Shown in pieces: positions 43,721 through 58,347 of a DNA stretch of 64,000 bases. Position 1 is the first letter of the stretch; every line of letters begins with the position of its first letter. The stretch lies in assembly GCF_009914755.1 (NCBI RefSeq), contig NC_060946.1; one strand, 5' to 3'. The notes under the pieces were generated by a model. It was not told the DNA's origin. It did no database searches and saw only the letters and a list, made by a program, of their open reading frames with translations. The stretch is from the human T2T-CHM13v2.0 reference genome, Homo sapiens. The translations under genes and the position numbers were made by a program.

Positions 43721-45384
43721 AGCATTTCCTCCCTGTGCCCTCTGTACCTCTGTCACTTCCCTTTATACAGTGAGACCCAGACTGTCTTGTGGTCCTCAGA
43801 TCATCAGGACAGACACAGCCCCAGGCTGGCCCCAGCATCACCACTCTGGAGCTTCCTAAACCATCTGCTGCATCCATCTGTGTTGATGTGGTGGCCATGA
43901 TGCTCCTGCAGGCTTGTGCTCACTTTTTTTCTCATTTGAAGCCATGACAGATGCCCCTGCCATGAGTACACCTGAGTGCTGTGGACTCGGAGACTCAGAG
44001 AGGTCCATTGCCCCTGCGAAGGCACAGAGCCGGAGGCCAGCAGCGCTGGGACCCAAGCCCTGTGCCCAGGTGTCCTTCCTCAGGCTCCTACCTCGAAAGC
44101 ACCTTGCGGGCATTGCTGCCCCACCCGCGAGCAGTAGAGTGGAAATGGGAGTGTCACTCCCTGGCTGCTCTAACCCCATGGCTCCTGGACCTGCAGGGGA
44201 CAGACCCCGCCCCACCAGCTGCCACTTTCTGAGGCTGCCATTTGTCCCTGCATATGGCGCCACTCAGAGATGGATTGGCCCCAAAGCCAGAGCACACAAC
44301 AAATAAATATTTGTTCCACAAACACTAGTGATGTCGTTTGACTGTAAGTACATTTGGTGCGTGACAGGCTGATAAGTCTTGCCAGCATTAAGATTCTCCC
44401 TGCTCCGAGCCCTCACCTCTGACTGACTGTCATTCCACAGTGTGTGGCCCTGTCACTGAGATACTGCCTGCTCCGTCTGTGCTCAACATGCAGCACAAAT
44501 CTCAGGCCTGGGAGCGACCCATCCCATCTGCCCCCTCCTGCCTCAGCAAAGCCCCCTTTTCTCCACCCCTTTCTGCACAAGAGTGGAGCTGCTTTGGATA
44601 AAACACCACCAAGGTGGGGCAGTGTTTGTTTCTGAGCCCCCTTCCAAACCTAAGCTTGAGCTGAGGGCTAAGATGCTGCTAGGCCCTGGGAGAAGGGGCC
44701 TTTCCCATGGCGGGCTCTGGGGGTGGTGGGCTTGTGGAATGTCCACTGCTGCAGACATCCACGGTCCTCTGGCCTTCTCTTGGGGATTCCTGGCCCTCAT
44801 TGCACCCAGCAGGGCTGCAGTTCAGGGAAAACACTTAGGGAAAGGATAGGTTGTGCACCGTTCCTGGCCTGGGGTTTAGGAGAACCACCCTGTAACCTTC
44901 AGTGTTGGTTCCCCTCTGGATCTCTTGTTCTTCCTCTGCAGAGTACTCAGGTAAGAGGAGCAGGCCCATTCATCCGTGCTCTGGAAGCATTTATTGTGGG
45001 CCCATGAAATTTTGATCCATAGACTTTCATAAGTAGGGGTGATTAATTCAGCAAATGTTTGCTGAGTGCCTATAGTGTGGCTGGCAGGTGCCATCTTGTT
45101 GGTCCAGGCTGGGCTCTGCTCCCCTGGAGCTTACATGTATGTGCCCGCCCTATGGCCAGGTGCTGTGCTGGGGTCCGCTTAGGCTGTCCAAATGCTGGAC
45201 CACTGTGGGCCATGCCTGCCATGCGTGTGGCCGCCCCTGTCCCTGTGAATGTATGCAGTGGAGTTCAGCCATGGGAACATCTGGAAATGGAATGGCTGCC
45301 TGTCAGGTCTGTGCCTCTTTGCTAGAGACTGCAGGATGATCCCAGCTCACACTCACTGGGTCCTCTTGACACGTATGACGTGCC

Positions 45385-45565
45385 TCAGCTCATTAACCTC
45401 CCAGCGGTCCCATGACGTATAGATGTATAGACAGTGATTCTCCCCATTTTATGGATGAGGCAGTTGAGGCCCATGGAGGCTAAGCACCTGGCCTGAGGTC
45501 ACACAGCTGAGAGGCGGCAGAGCCAATATGCAAAACCCTGCCAATCTGGCTCAAAGGCTGAAGTG
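45385..45565 (-). mobile_element. MIR
   Basis: ccccattttatggatgaggcagttgaggccc...gcctgaggtcacacagct. Confidence 0.8.
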
Positions 45566-45779
45566 ATAAGCAACAGCATCACCCTCCTGGGAGCTCTCCA
45601 GGGTCTCGGACCCATTTTCTGTGCCGCTGGCCAAGAACGCAAAGTCCGATCCCTGGATACCTTCAACAACAGGCGGTGTGGCCAGACTGACCCTCTGCTC
45701 ATCTGATGCTATGTCACGGTGGATTCGGAGTGCATTTCCCCGACTTGGTGATGGCGAATGTGTTTTCATGCTTGGTGGC

Positions 45780-46159
45780 TGTGCTGGCCAGTTTTACAGG
45801 GCTATGCTGTAGCACCAGTTATGTAATCACATCCTAACCTGGGTGTTGCTGCAAGGGTGTTTCGTGGATGTGGTTAACATCTACAATCAGTTGGCTTTAA
45901 GTAAAGAAGATGACCCACACTAGGGTGGGTGGGCCTCACCCACTCAGGTGAAGACATGAGCAAGATGGAGGTTTCCTGGAAAAGAAGAAATGTTGCTTTA
46001 AGACGGCAGCACCGACTCCTGCCTGAGTTTCCATCCTGCTGGCATGCCCAATGGATTTCAGACTCACCAGCCTCCTCAATTGTATGAGCCACTTTCTTAA
46101 AATAAATCATACCTGTTTCCCTTTGGTTCTGTTTCTCCAGAGGACTCTGGCTGATACAA
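45780..46159 (+). mobile_element. MLT2D-like solo LTR
   Basis: gttaacatctacaatcagttggctttaagtaaag...tgagccactttcttaaaataaatc...ggttctgtttctccagaggactctggctgataca. Confidence 0.85.
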
Positions 46160-46319
46160 TGGTCACTTATGTTTTCTCTTCTGTGCTTGCCTTTAGATAT
46201 ATTTAAATAGTTCACACACTGATATTTAGTCAGTTACGTTGCTTAAAATATCTTCCCTCCATGCTGTGGTTTACCTCTCTGCTATCTTTTTCATAAACAA
46301 AACTCTCTTCCTTTATTGC

Positions 46320-46415
46320 TTGTGTGTATGCCTGTGTGCGTGTGTGTGCATATGTGCATGCATGTGTATGTGTGGATGCATGTGTGTGCATGCATGCATG
46401 TGTGCGTGCGTGTGT
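46320..46415. repeat. (TG)n/(CATG)n simple repeat
   Basis: tgtgtgtatgcctgtgtgcgtgtgtgtgcatatgtgcatgc... Confidence 0.9.
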
Positions 46416-49400
46416 TAAGAAATCTCTGCTTTGAAGCCTGAAAGATATTCTCCTGTGTTTTCTTTTAAATAGTCTGTAATTTTATTTTCGCCACATACGC
46501 CTTTTATTCAATACAAGTGTGTGTCGAATGGGGTAAGGGGAGTGCTGGGTGCTGGGTGCAGCCCCTCCCCAGTGTAATAGGTGACCCATTCCACATGTCC
46601 AGAGTTAGCCATTGAATTGAGGCTGGACACTGTAGATTTGTGGTTGTTATTACATATTCTGTAGAGAATGCAGCCAGGTAGGCATGGTGGTATAGGAAAA
46701 ATGCTGTACCAATAACAGCATATTAGATTCAGGTATGTGACTTATTACAGATTTTTTTCAACCATATGAAGTATTTATGCTGGAGTTTCAATGTGACATG
46801 ATGGGAGATACAAGAAGCCTTCAAAGGACTTGACAACATGGTAGGTCTTACCCTGACCCAGAAAAATGCAATCTGCTCCCATCACCACTGGCCCCAAAGC
46901 ATCCAGGAAGCTGGAGCCTGGAGAAGTTGTGCTTAGCACACACATTACAACCTGACTGGCTAGTAGGCTCAGCTGAGAGTACAGCATTTGAACTTAAGAG
47001 AACATCCTGTTACTGCCATAGAACATTTTAGCTGTAGCTCCAGCCCAGTATTCTGCAGGACAACATCAGAGATCAAGTTTTATTTTAGTTTTTTGTACAT
47101 GGATATTAATTCCAGCAGCAATCAGAGAATAATTTATTCGTTCTCTGTCCATTTTTGTTCTGCCTCTCTGCGTGCTTGGCTGATATGGATTGGATGTTGG
47201 AAATTGTATATGAGAAATTGCAGAAATAACTTTAAGCCTAGGGTCTTGTTATCTTCCTCTGGGGAAGGTTTATTTAGTATCTAGCTGGAACCAGGTGCAC
47301 GAAGAGTCCAGGATCACCTTAATCCACTCTGGAGACTGAGAGGCTCAGAGCTGGCCTTTGACCCTGTGAGGGATCAGCCTTCTTTACTCTCAGGGATGGG
47401 CGGGAAGGAGCTGATTCTTGCGGAATTAATACCACTCTGTGAATAACAGGCTTTTGTTGATGGGTGGATCTGTATCTGCGCTCTGTGTCCTGCTCCATCT
47501 GCTTACTTTTCTGTCTCTGTGCTAGTATCACACTCATTGAACTGCTTCTGCCTTTAGGTGGAATAAGTTCCATCCCTTCGTTTTTACTTCAGTATTTTCC
47601 TAGCCATTTCTGAGCCTTTGCTCTTCTAGATGGATTTAGGATGAGCTTATCAGGCTTCACAAGGCATGCTGTTGGGGTTTGGCTGGAATTTTGATAAAAG
47701 CATAGATTGGCTTTGGAGCAATGGCATTTTCACGAGGTTGGCTCTTCCCTTGCAGGACCGTGGAATACTTCCCAGTTTGATCACATCTTCATATGTATTC
47801 TGCGTGTATCTTCCTTTTCTATTAATAGACTTTATTTTTTAGAGCAGTTTTAGACTTACAGAATAATTGAGCAGAAAACAGAGTTCCCATATATCCCTTT
47901 CCTCACTTCTCTTATTAACATCTTGCATTAGTGTGGTACCTCTGTTATAATGGATGAACTAATATTGATACATTATCATTAGCTAAAGCCCATAGTTTAC
48001 ATTAAGGTTCACTCTTGGTGTTGTACATTCTCTGGGTTTTGACAAATGCATAATGTTGTGCATCTCCCGTTTCAGAATCATGCAGAATAGTTTCACCACC
48101 CTGAAATACCCCCACACTCCCCCTATTTATCCTTTCACCCTCTCCCCCAACCCCTGGCAACCACTGATCATTTTTCTGGTTTTCTGGTTTTGCCTTTTAT
48201 GGAATGGTATATAGTAGGAATCACTCAACACACTGCTTTTTCAGACTGGCTTCCTTCACTTAGCAATATGCACTTAAGTCTCTTTCATGTCATTTTGCGG
48301 CTTGATAGCTCATTTATTTTTATTACTAAGTAAGATTCCATTGTATGGAGGTCCCACAGTTTTTTTTTTTTATACATTAACCTACTAAAATTGGTCACTT
48401 CCAGTTTTTGGTGATTATAAATAAAGCTGCTATAAACATTCTTGCATAAGCTTTTGTGTGGATATAAATTTTCAACTCAATTGGGGAAATACTAGGATCA
48501 CAATGGTTAGATTATATGGTAAGAGTGTGGTTAGCTTTCTATGAAACTGCCACACTGTCTTCCACAGTTGCATTCCCGCCAGCAATGAATGAGAATTTTT
48601 GTGGTTCCACGTCTTCACCAGCATTTGGTAGTATCGATGTTTTGGATGTTCATGATTCTGGTAGGTGCGTAGTGATATCTCATGATCATTTTGATGATGT
48701 TTTATGGTGTTGTGTATATCTCCATAAGCTTCTGTGCTATTTGTATATCTTCTTTGGTGAAGTGTCTGTTCTTCTGCCCATTTAAAAACTGAGATTTTGT
48801 CTATTGTTGATTTTTAAGAGTTCTTTGTACAGTTTGGATACAAGTCCTTTACCAAATATGTCTTTTGAAAGTATTTTATTCACATCTGTGGCTTGTCTTG
48901 TGATTCTCTAAACGGTATCTTTCACAGAGCAGAAATTTTCAATTTTAATGAAGTCCAACTCATCAATTTTTATGGGTCATTCTTTTGATGTTGTATCTAA
49001 AACTCTTTGCAAATTCAAGGTCACCTAGATTTTCCCCTATGTTACTTCTAGGAGTTTTATAGTTCTGCATTTTACATTTAGATCTATGATCCATTTTGAG
49101 GTAATTTTTGTGAAAGGTGCAAGGCCTGTGTCTAGAATATGTTTTCTTTTTTTTTTTTTTGCATGTGTGTGTCCACTTGTTCCAGCCATTTGTTGAAAAG
49201 ACTATCCTTTCTCCATTGAATTTTCTTTGTCAAAGATGGCTGACTATGCTTGTATGGGTCTACTTCTGGGATCACTGTTCTGTTCCATTGGTCTATTTGT
49301 GTATTCTTTCATCAGTACCATGCTGTCTTGATTACCGTAGCTTTATAAGTCAGTCTTCCCACTTTGTTCCTCTTCATTATTGCATCACTTCTTCTGCATC

Positions 49401-49703
49401 TTTCGCCGTTGCATAGAAACTTTATAATTGGTTTGTCCATATCCTTAAAATAACTTGCTGGGATTTTAGTTGAGATTGTGTTGAACCTACAGATAACATT
49501 GAGAAGAACTGACATCTTAACAACATTGAATCTTCTTATTCATGAACAAGGAATACTTCCCTATTTAATTATATTTTCTTTGATTTCTTTCATCTGAGTT
49601 TTGTTGTTTATCTCATATAGATCCTGTACATACATTGTGAGATCTATAGTGTTTACTTTTTTGGTGCTAATTTTAAATAAAATTGTCTATTGCTGGCATA
49701 TAA

Positions 49704-50047
<344 letters not shown>

Positions 50048-51475
50048 CAATCTTGCTATAATCACTCAGTTCCAGGAGATTTTTGTTGATTCTTTGGAAT
50101 TTTCTACATAGAAATTATATCATCTGCAAACAAAGACGGTTTTATTTCTAGGAAGAAATTTTGTATACTTTTCATTTCCTTTTCCTGTCTTATTGCATAA
50201 GCTAGGACTTCTAGCACAATATTGACTGTCTCCTGTGAGAGGGAACAGTCTTACCTATTTTTTTATCTTAAGGGGAAAGCATCTGGTTTCTCATCATTAA
50301 TATGTCAGCTGTAGGTTTTTTGTAGATATGTACAAATATTTTTGTAAATGTTTTCAACTTTAACATGTTGAAAACATTTCTTTTTACTCTTACTTTTCTG
50401 AAAGTTTTTCTAATAGGTGTTGAATTTTGTCAAATTATTTTTCTGTATTTATTGATAAGATCATTGTAACTTGTCTTCTTTAGCCTGCTAATTTGATAGA
50501 TTTCATTAACTGAATGTATACCTGGAACAAATCCCACTTTATTGTGGTGTATATTTATTTTTATAGATTGTTGAATTCAATTTGCTAATATTTTGTTGAG
50601 GATCTTTGCATCTTCATTAATAAGAAATATTGGCTCATAGTTTTCCTTTCTTGTAATTTCTTTATCTGGTTTTAGTATTAGTAATGATAACCCCTAGAAC
50701 AAATTAGGAAATTACTCTTCTGCTCTACTTTTGGAAATAAATGGGAGAGAACAGGTATTATATTTGCTTTGTTTGGTAGACTTCACCAGTGAAGTCATCT
50801 GGGCCTAGTGCCTTCTGTTTTTCAAAGGTTATTAATTATAGATTCAGTTTATTTAATAGATATAGATCCAGACTTTTTATTTCCCCCAAAGAATTTTTCC
50901 ATTTCATCTAAGTTATTAAATTTTGGAGCACAGAGTTGTTCATAATATCCCCGTATTATTCTATTATTCATGGTATCAGTAGTGATGGCTTCTCTTTCAT
51001 TATTGATATTAATAATTTGTATCTCCTCTTTTTTTTTTTACTTTGTTAGCCTGACTAGAGGCTTTTTAGTTGTAATAATATTTTAAAATAACCAACTTTT
51101 GATTTCATTGACTTTTTATATCTATTGAAAATTTTAAGCAGTTTCATTGTTATATTCTCTATTATTTTTTTCTTTTGCTTACTCTAGGTCTATATTGCTC
51201 TTCACTCCCTAGGTCCTTAAGGTGGAAGCTTAGATGATTGATTTTTAGATTTTTCTTCCTAATATGTACATTCAGTATTATAAATTTCCTTCTAAGCACT
51301 GCTTTTGTTGCATCCCATAAATGTTTGATAAGTTGTATTTTCATTTAATTCAAATAGTTTTAAATTTCTCTTGAGACTTCTTCTATGTCCCATGTGTTAT
51401 ATAGAGGTGTTTTATTTAAGTTACTTAATCTCCAAATATTTTGAGATTTTTCAGCTTTCAGACATTGATTTCTAG

Positions 51476-51829
<354 letters not shown>

Positions 51830-52299
51830 AATTTCTATTCTTTTAAGTTTCTTGAGATGTATTTTATGGCCCAATATGTTGTCCATCTTGGTGAATACTT
51901 CATGTGAGTATAAGTAGAGTGTGAATTTGGCTGTTGTTGGTTGACATATTGTATAAATGCCAATTAGATCCAGTTGATTGATGATGCTGCTCAGTTCGAC
52001 TGTATTCTTACTGATTTTCTGCCTGCTGGATCTGTCCCATTAATGATACAAGAGCACTTGATTTTCCAACTCTAGTAGTGGATTCATCCATTTCTCCTTG
52101 CAGTTCTATCAGTTTTTGCTTCACATAATTTGAAGCTTTGTTGTTAGGTGCATACATGTAAAGGCTTGTTATGTCTCCTTGGAAAATTGATCTCTTTATC
52201 ATTATGTAGTCTCCCTATTTATCCCTGATATTTTCCATGTTCTGAAGTTGCCTTTGTCTGAAATTATATAGTTACTCCAGTTTTCTTTTGATTAGTGTT

Positions 52300-52721
52300 T
52301 GTATTAGTCCATTCTTGCATTGCTATAAAGAAATACCTGAGACTGGGTAGTTTATAAGGAAAAGAGGTTTAATTGGCTCATGGTTGCACAGGCTGTACAG
52401 GAAGCATGACGCAGGCATCTGATCAGCCTCTAGGGAGGCCTCAGGAAGCTTACAATCACAATTCGCAGAAGGTGAAGAGGGAGCCAGCACTTCACATGGT
52501 CAGAGAAGGAGGAAGAGAGAGATGGGGTAGATGCTACACGCCTTTAAACAACCAGACTTCACGAGAACTCACCATGGTGATGACAGCACCAAGGGGGATG
52601 ATGTTAAAACATGAGAAACTGCCCCCATGATCCAACCACCTCCCACCAGGCCCCACCTCCAACATTAGGGATTACAATATGACATGAGATTTGGGTAGGG
52701 ACACAGATCCAAACCATATCA
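52300..52721 (-). mobile_element. MSTA MaLR solo LTR
   Basis: tgtattagtccattcttgcattgctataaagaaatacctgagactggg...gacacagatccaaaccatatca; TSD gtgtt at 52295-52299 and 52722-52726. Confidence 0.95.
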
Positions 52722-55700
52722 GTGTTAGAATGGGATATCCTTCTCCACCCATTTATTTGTAATCTATCAATGTCTTTATATTTAAAGTGCACTTCTTGTA
52801 GATAACGTATCAGTGGGGTTTTTTACGCTCTGAAAGTCTGTCTTTTAATTGGTATATTGAGACCATTTTTGAAGTGATTAGTGATATAGTTGGATGAATA
52901 TCTACCATTTTTTTAAACTGTTTTCTATTTTCACTTGTACTTTGTTTCTTTTTTTCCTTTTTTCTACATTCTCTGGTTTTAATTTAGCATTTTATATCAC
53001 TCAATTTTGTTTCTTTCGTATAGCAATTATACTTCTGTTTGAAATTTTTGAGGTGGTTGCCTGTGAGTTTGCAATACTCATTTGCAACTAATCTATGTCT
53101 ACTTTCAATAACACTAGACTACTTCATGGGTAGTTCAGGTACATTTTAACAGAATCTTTTGAATTACTTCCTCCCATCCCTTATAAAATTGCTGTCATTC
53201 ACTTAAATTATCCATATGCTATAATTATCCCATATATTTTTGCTATTATTATTTCAAACAGTTATTTTTTTAGCCTAGGTAAGATTAAGAAAAATACAGA
53301 TTTTATTTTACTTTCATTTATTCCTTCTCTGAAGCTCTTTCTTTCTTTATATGATCCAAATATATGGCCTATATAATTCTCCTTGGTGAAGAACTTCTTT
53401 AATATTTCTTGCAAGATGGGTCTATTGGCAACAAATTCCCTCAGTTTCTGTTTGTCTGAGAAAGCCTTTATTTCTGAAGAACAACTTCACTGTATACAGA
53501 ATTATAGGTTAATGTTTTATTCTTTCAATGCTTTAAATATTTCATTCTCTGCTTGCATGGTTTCTGGTGAGAACTCCAAGGTAATTATTATTCATGTTCT
53601 TCTACAGGGTAGGTATATTTACTCTGCTTTCTTTCACAAATTTTCTCCTGTCTTGGTTTTTCTTTTTTGGTAGTTTGAATATCATATGTTCAGGTATAGA
53701 TATTTTTGATATTTATACCAGAGTATTTTTGAGATAGATCATATAAATTATATTTATATCAATGTTTGTCAACATTTATCCTGCTTGGCATTTTCTGAAC
53801 TTCCTGAATATGTTTGTTTGGTGTCTGTTAATAATTTTGGAAAACCCTCAGCCATTATTGTTTCCAATATTTCTTTGGCTTTTCTTTCCTTCTTATCCTT
53901 CTGGTATTTTCATTACATGTGTTACAACTTTTGGAATTGTCCCACACTTTTTGGATGTTCTGTTCATCTTTTCACCCTTTTTTTCCTCTTCGTATCATTC
54001 ACATGTCTGTGAACGCAGTGATTCTTTCCTCAGCTGTGTCCAGTTTACCGGTGAGCCCTGAAAGGTGTTCCTCATTTTGGTCTGTGAGTGACAGGAGGGA
54101 AACACACAGGCAGGCTGGCAGGGATGAAAGACTGAGTCAGGAGTAAAAAGCAACTGGGGTGTGGGGAAGGCGGTGGGGTGGACGTCTGGGTGGAGTGGGT
54201 AGAATGGAGGTTTGCAGACAGATGCACTCCACCTGTCTCCTCTGTGCCCTTGGACTTGGCTGGTTGTCGTGGGTGCCCGCCCTGTAGTGGGGCAGCCATT
54301 TCTATGCTGGGGAGGACAGAGATTTTACCTTGTTCTTGGCTGTCTTGCTCAGAGTGTGGGGGACTGCCGCCCTAGCAGGCAGCAGATCTTCAACAGAGCA
54401 GTGCTCATGGGGTTGGGGGAGTCCCAGGGGGACAGGCTGCCATGGTGACCTACACGAGGCAGTGCACCATGGAGGTGAAGACGCACCCCTCGAGGGTGGG
54501 CTTAGCTGCCCCTGCCCAGTCCCAGCATGGCAGCAACCAGACGGGCCCACGTGGAGTAGGCAGGCTGGGCCAGAGGACGGAGCAGGTGGCTCCTGGAGCA
54601 CTTAGGCGCCTCATGAATATAAATTCTCTACATTTCTTAATAACTGGAAGTAAAAGTTTGTGTAAACTCAATTGTCAGAGCACTAATAATCCGATTTCTC
54701 TCGGCAGGTCAGTCCTCTGGGCTCCATCTATAAAACAAATGTTTGTCATCCTCCGGTAAGCACTTCTTAGGGATAAATAAATAATCAGGGAGCTAATCGA
54801 GTGTGCACCTTGCCACGCGTTTATATGTATCCTTTTCTTTGCACATCAATAACCCCATTGGAATTGGATTTATAAATTCAAATTATCTTTCTAAGTCTTT
54901 TTTTTCCAATGGCAAGGCCAGCACTGCTGCAGGAGGAGACGCAGATCCTGTGTTTTGCTAATATCTGTGTCCCAGTGCACGCATCTCCTTGCCTGGAGAA
55001 CAACTTCCATTTGCATTTTTCCCACTTGGGCAGAAGCCTAGGTGGGCGGGAACTCACATTTGTAGAAAGCAGAGGGCACCTGCTACATTGATGGTAGGAG
55101 GATTGATGGGTTCCATTTCTCCCAGGGCAGCTTCAATCCCACCACTGGGCGACCTTCCCTGACCACCTGCCCAGAGCCTTCATCCTTCCCTGTACTCTTG
55201 CCTGTGGGCAGGTGGAGTCAGTGGATGGGAGTGCCATCAGCACTCACTCTTGGCCCGGGATGCTGGGATAGCCACTATGGCTCCCAGGCATCCACTGGGC
55301 TTCCCCTGCAGTGACAACCGAGTTTGTCTGGCACCTGCTCTCTGTCCCCCTCCCCTGCTGGGTGACACACTCCAGGCAGGCAGGGGCCACATTTGCCCTG
55401 CTGTCCACCCACCCCTGTGCCTGGTGAAGGGGGTGACCCAGAGCAGGTGCCCTAAAACACTGCTGAATGAGCCCGTGGCCACTGCCACCTCCTAGCCTCC
55501 CTCCTCCCCACCTTCCTGCTCCCATTAGCAGAGGAACAATCTGCTTAAACTTTCTAAAATGCCAATCTGACCAAGCCACTCACAACCACCATCCTGGGAG
55601 GAGACCATGAGTCCGGGCTGGGGTTCACTGGTGGCAGGGTGGGCCCCCACTGATCCCTAGCCCAGACTCATGCTATCCTCCCAGGAAGCAAGAAGCACTG

Positions 55701-55761
55701 AGGGAGGTCTGTTCAGTAGAGAAAGGATGGCAGTGTCTCTCTCTCTCTCAATTAAACTGTG

Positions 55762-56058
55762 AGTTTAATTGACTCGCAGTTCTGCAGGGCTGGGGAGGCC
55801 TCAGGAAACTTACAATCATGGTGGATGGAGAAGCAAACATGTTCTTCACATGGCAGCAGTTGAGAGAAGTGCAGAGCAAAAGGGGGGAAAGCCCCTTATA
55901 AAGCCATCAGATCTCATGAGAACTCACTCTCAGGAGAACAGCATGAGGTTAACTGCCCCCATGATTCAGTTACCTCCCACTGGGTCCCTCCCATGGCATG
56001 TGGGGATTAGACGAACTACAATTCGAGATTTGGGTGGGGTCAGAGCCAAACCACATCA
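55762..56058 (-). mobile_element. THE1C-like MaLR LTR, 3'-truncated
   Basis: tttaattgactcgcagttctgcagggctggggaggcctcaggaaacttacaatcatgg...agccaaaccacatca. Confidence 0.9.
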
Positions 56059-58347
56059 GTCAGCGACCCTGCAAGGCCTCACCTGTTTATTCCTGGACTC
56101 CACTTCCCTTGGCAGTGATGTCACTGCCCACAGCAGCCTTGTTTGGGAGGACATAGCCTGTACAGAGCCTGGCTTGGCAGGTGCTGGCCACGTGGAGTGG
56201 TCCCTACTGTGGGCATCACGGAACTTTCCACAGCCTCTGTGGTTCACCCTCACTCGGGAGGTTGGTGACAGATGTTACCACTCTCTTGTTCAAGCAGAAG
56301 AGGGAGGCTCAGAAAGGACAAATAACAATCCCAAAGACCCCAGCTGGTACGTGGCAGAGCCAGGCCCTAAAGACAGGTGTTCTGAGGCTGAGCTGAGCGC
56401 TTCTGACCACTCCAGGATGTGTCCATCCCAGGTACCCACCATTTCTGCAGCCACCCCCGGGCTGGCCCTGTCAGAGGAGCTCTGGGAGACCTCTGGATTC
56501 CCACTGGGAAGACCCGTGCGGCTCAGGCACAGATGGCCTGCACTGTGGCCCTCGCCCCTTTCCCTCCATGCCCGCCACAGGTCCTCAGTACCCCAGTTCT
56601 GAGAACTTCCCAGGCTGCCCATGCCCTTTGAGACCCCTGCCCATCTCCCAACAAGGGAGGTGGTGAGAGTGGCACCCCTCTCATGTACTGCCCACAAAGA
56701 ACACTGCATGGCATCTGTGCCCACGGCCGGGGAAGGCGCTCTCAGGCCATGAATTTACCATTTCACTGCACGGCCTCTTTTCCCGATGAAGTAAATAAAT
56801 AAAGCCGCTGCTCCCCGCCGGCCTGCTCCTGCAGCTGAAATGAAATGGATGATTTTCTTTGCCCTGTGCCCAGTATCTGTGCTTATTGCAAGCATATATC
56901 TGCAGTGGTGAGTTTTTAAACTAGTCAGCACACCCGGTGCCCTCAGGAAGCATCTTTCTTCCCTTTGAACGGCCTGGCTCTCCTGGAAGGGGTCTGCTGG
57001 GCCTTTTTATAAGCTGCAGGGGCATTTTTCTTCCCTGAAATGAGGGCCTGGCTGGCGCATCTCTGGGAGCTGCCAAGGCTGTTGGAAAGAGCACTTCCAG
57101 GCAGATCTGCCGTCCTTGGGCCTGTCCTCCAGCCGAGGCTACACAGACACGGAGTGGAGTCCCCAACCTGGGCTGTGGGTTCCCCTGCTGGGGTCTGCAG
57201 GGCTACGGGAGTCAGCTGCCTATGGGGGACAGGAGGGTTGACGGCACTCCAGTCCCTGCAGAGGGAGAGATGAGAGACACGGGGGAAGGCTGCCCCAACC
57301 CCTACCATCACCTCTAAAGCAGTGGGAGAATTGGGGCTTCTGCCCCATCTGCCATGGCAGCAGCCTTATCTCTGCAGCAGGCCCCATGAATTGTGTGCCC
57401 AGAGTTGAGGTCAAAGCAAGTTCCTGGTTTGTTTTTTAGGGAAACAGAGCACATCTAACAGAGGCAGGCAATTCCTGGAGCTTCTTGATTCTGTTCAGCA
57501 GAACCAGGGCCCCAGCGGCAGAGGCCTCCCAGGAGGTCCACATTGTGCAAGACACGAACTCAGGTCCTTTCATCTCATCCATCAACAGCCCAGAACAGAG
57601 TTAATTTTGCCCACTGTACAAAGGGTGAAACCCAAATTCAGAGAAATTGACTGGCCTGCCCGTGCCTGCCCAGCTGGGAGGAGTCAGAGCTGGCTTCCAT
57701 TCACACGTGTCTCACTGAGAACACCAACCCACACCCTGACTGAAGGGCTGGTCCAAGCCTACTTATTGGGTGTTTGCTCACTACCCTCCTTCTCCCTGTC
57801 CACCCTTCCCTTCGTGGACAGAAGCCAGAGTTCAGAGAGGATCCCCAGGTCCCCAGGGACACACAGCCAGGCAAGGAGGGAGCTCACCTCAACTGCTGCC
57901 TTCTGTCCAGGGCCTCTCCACCCCAACCCCACAGCCCGCCACCTTCATGCAGCCAGGACTGTGGGTAATGCACTAAACACATGATTAGCATTTATTATGG
58001 CTTCATTTCATAGACACAGGACAATGAACAGAGCCATAAACAGGGAGAACAACAATGGAATCAAGAAAATATGGCACTTTTAAGAATAGTTTATGAGTTG
58101 AACAAAAGGAAAACTCTAGTCTTCCACTCTGGGATATTGAGCAGTGCTCCTAGGGCTCTTTGGACTATAAAGCATTATTGAACTGTTCCTGCAATGCAAA
58201 GTGTACAAGATGGTCATAATTAAGAACAATTGATTCAATATTTTTGCCAAACCTCAGGGTAAGAATATAAACTAGTCATAATGGAAAAATGCCAGATCTG
58301 AGGTGACCTGAGCCAAGATGATCATTGCAAGAATACAGGAACCATTG

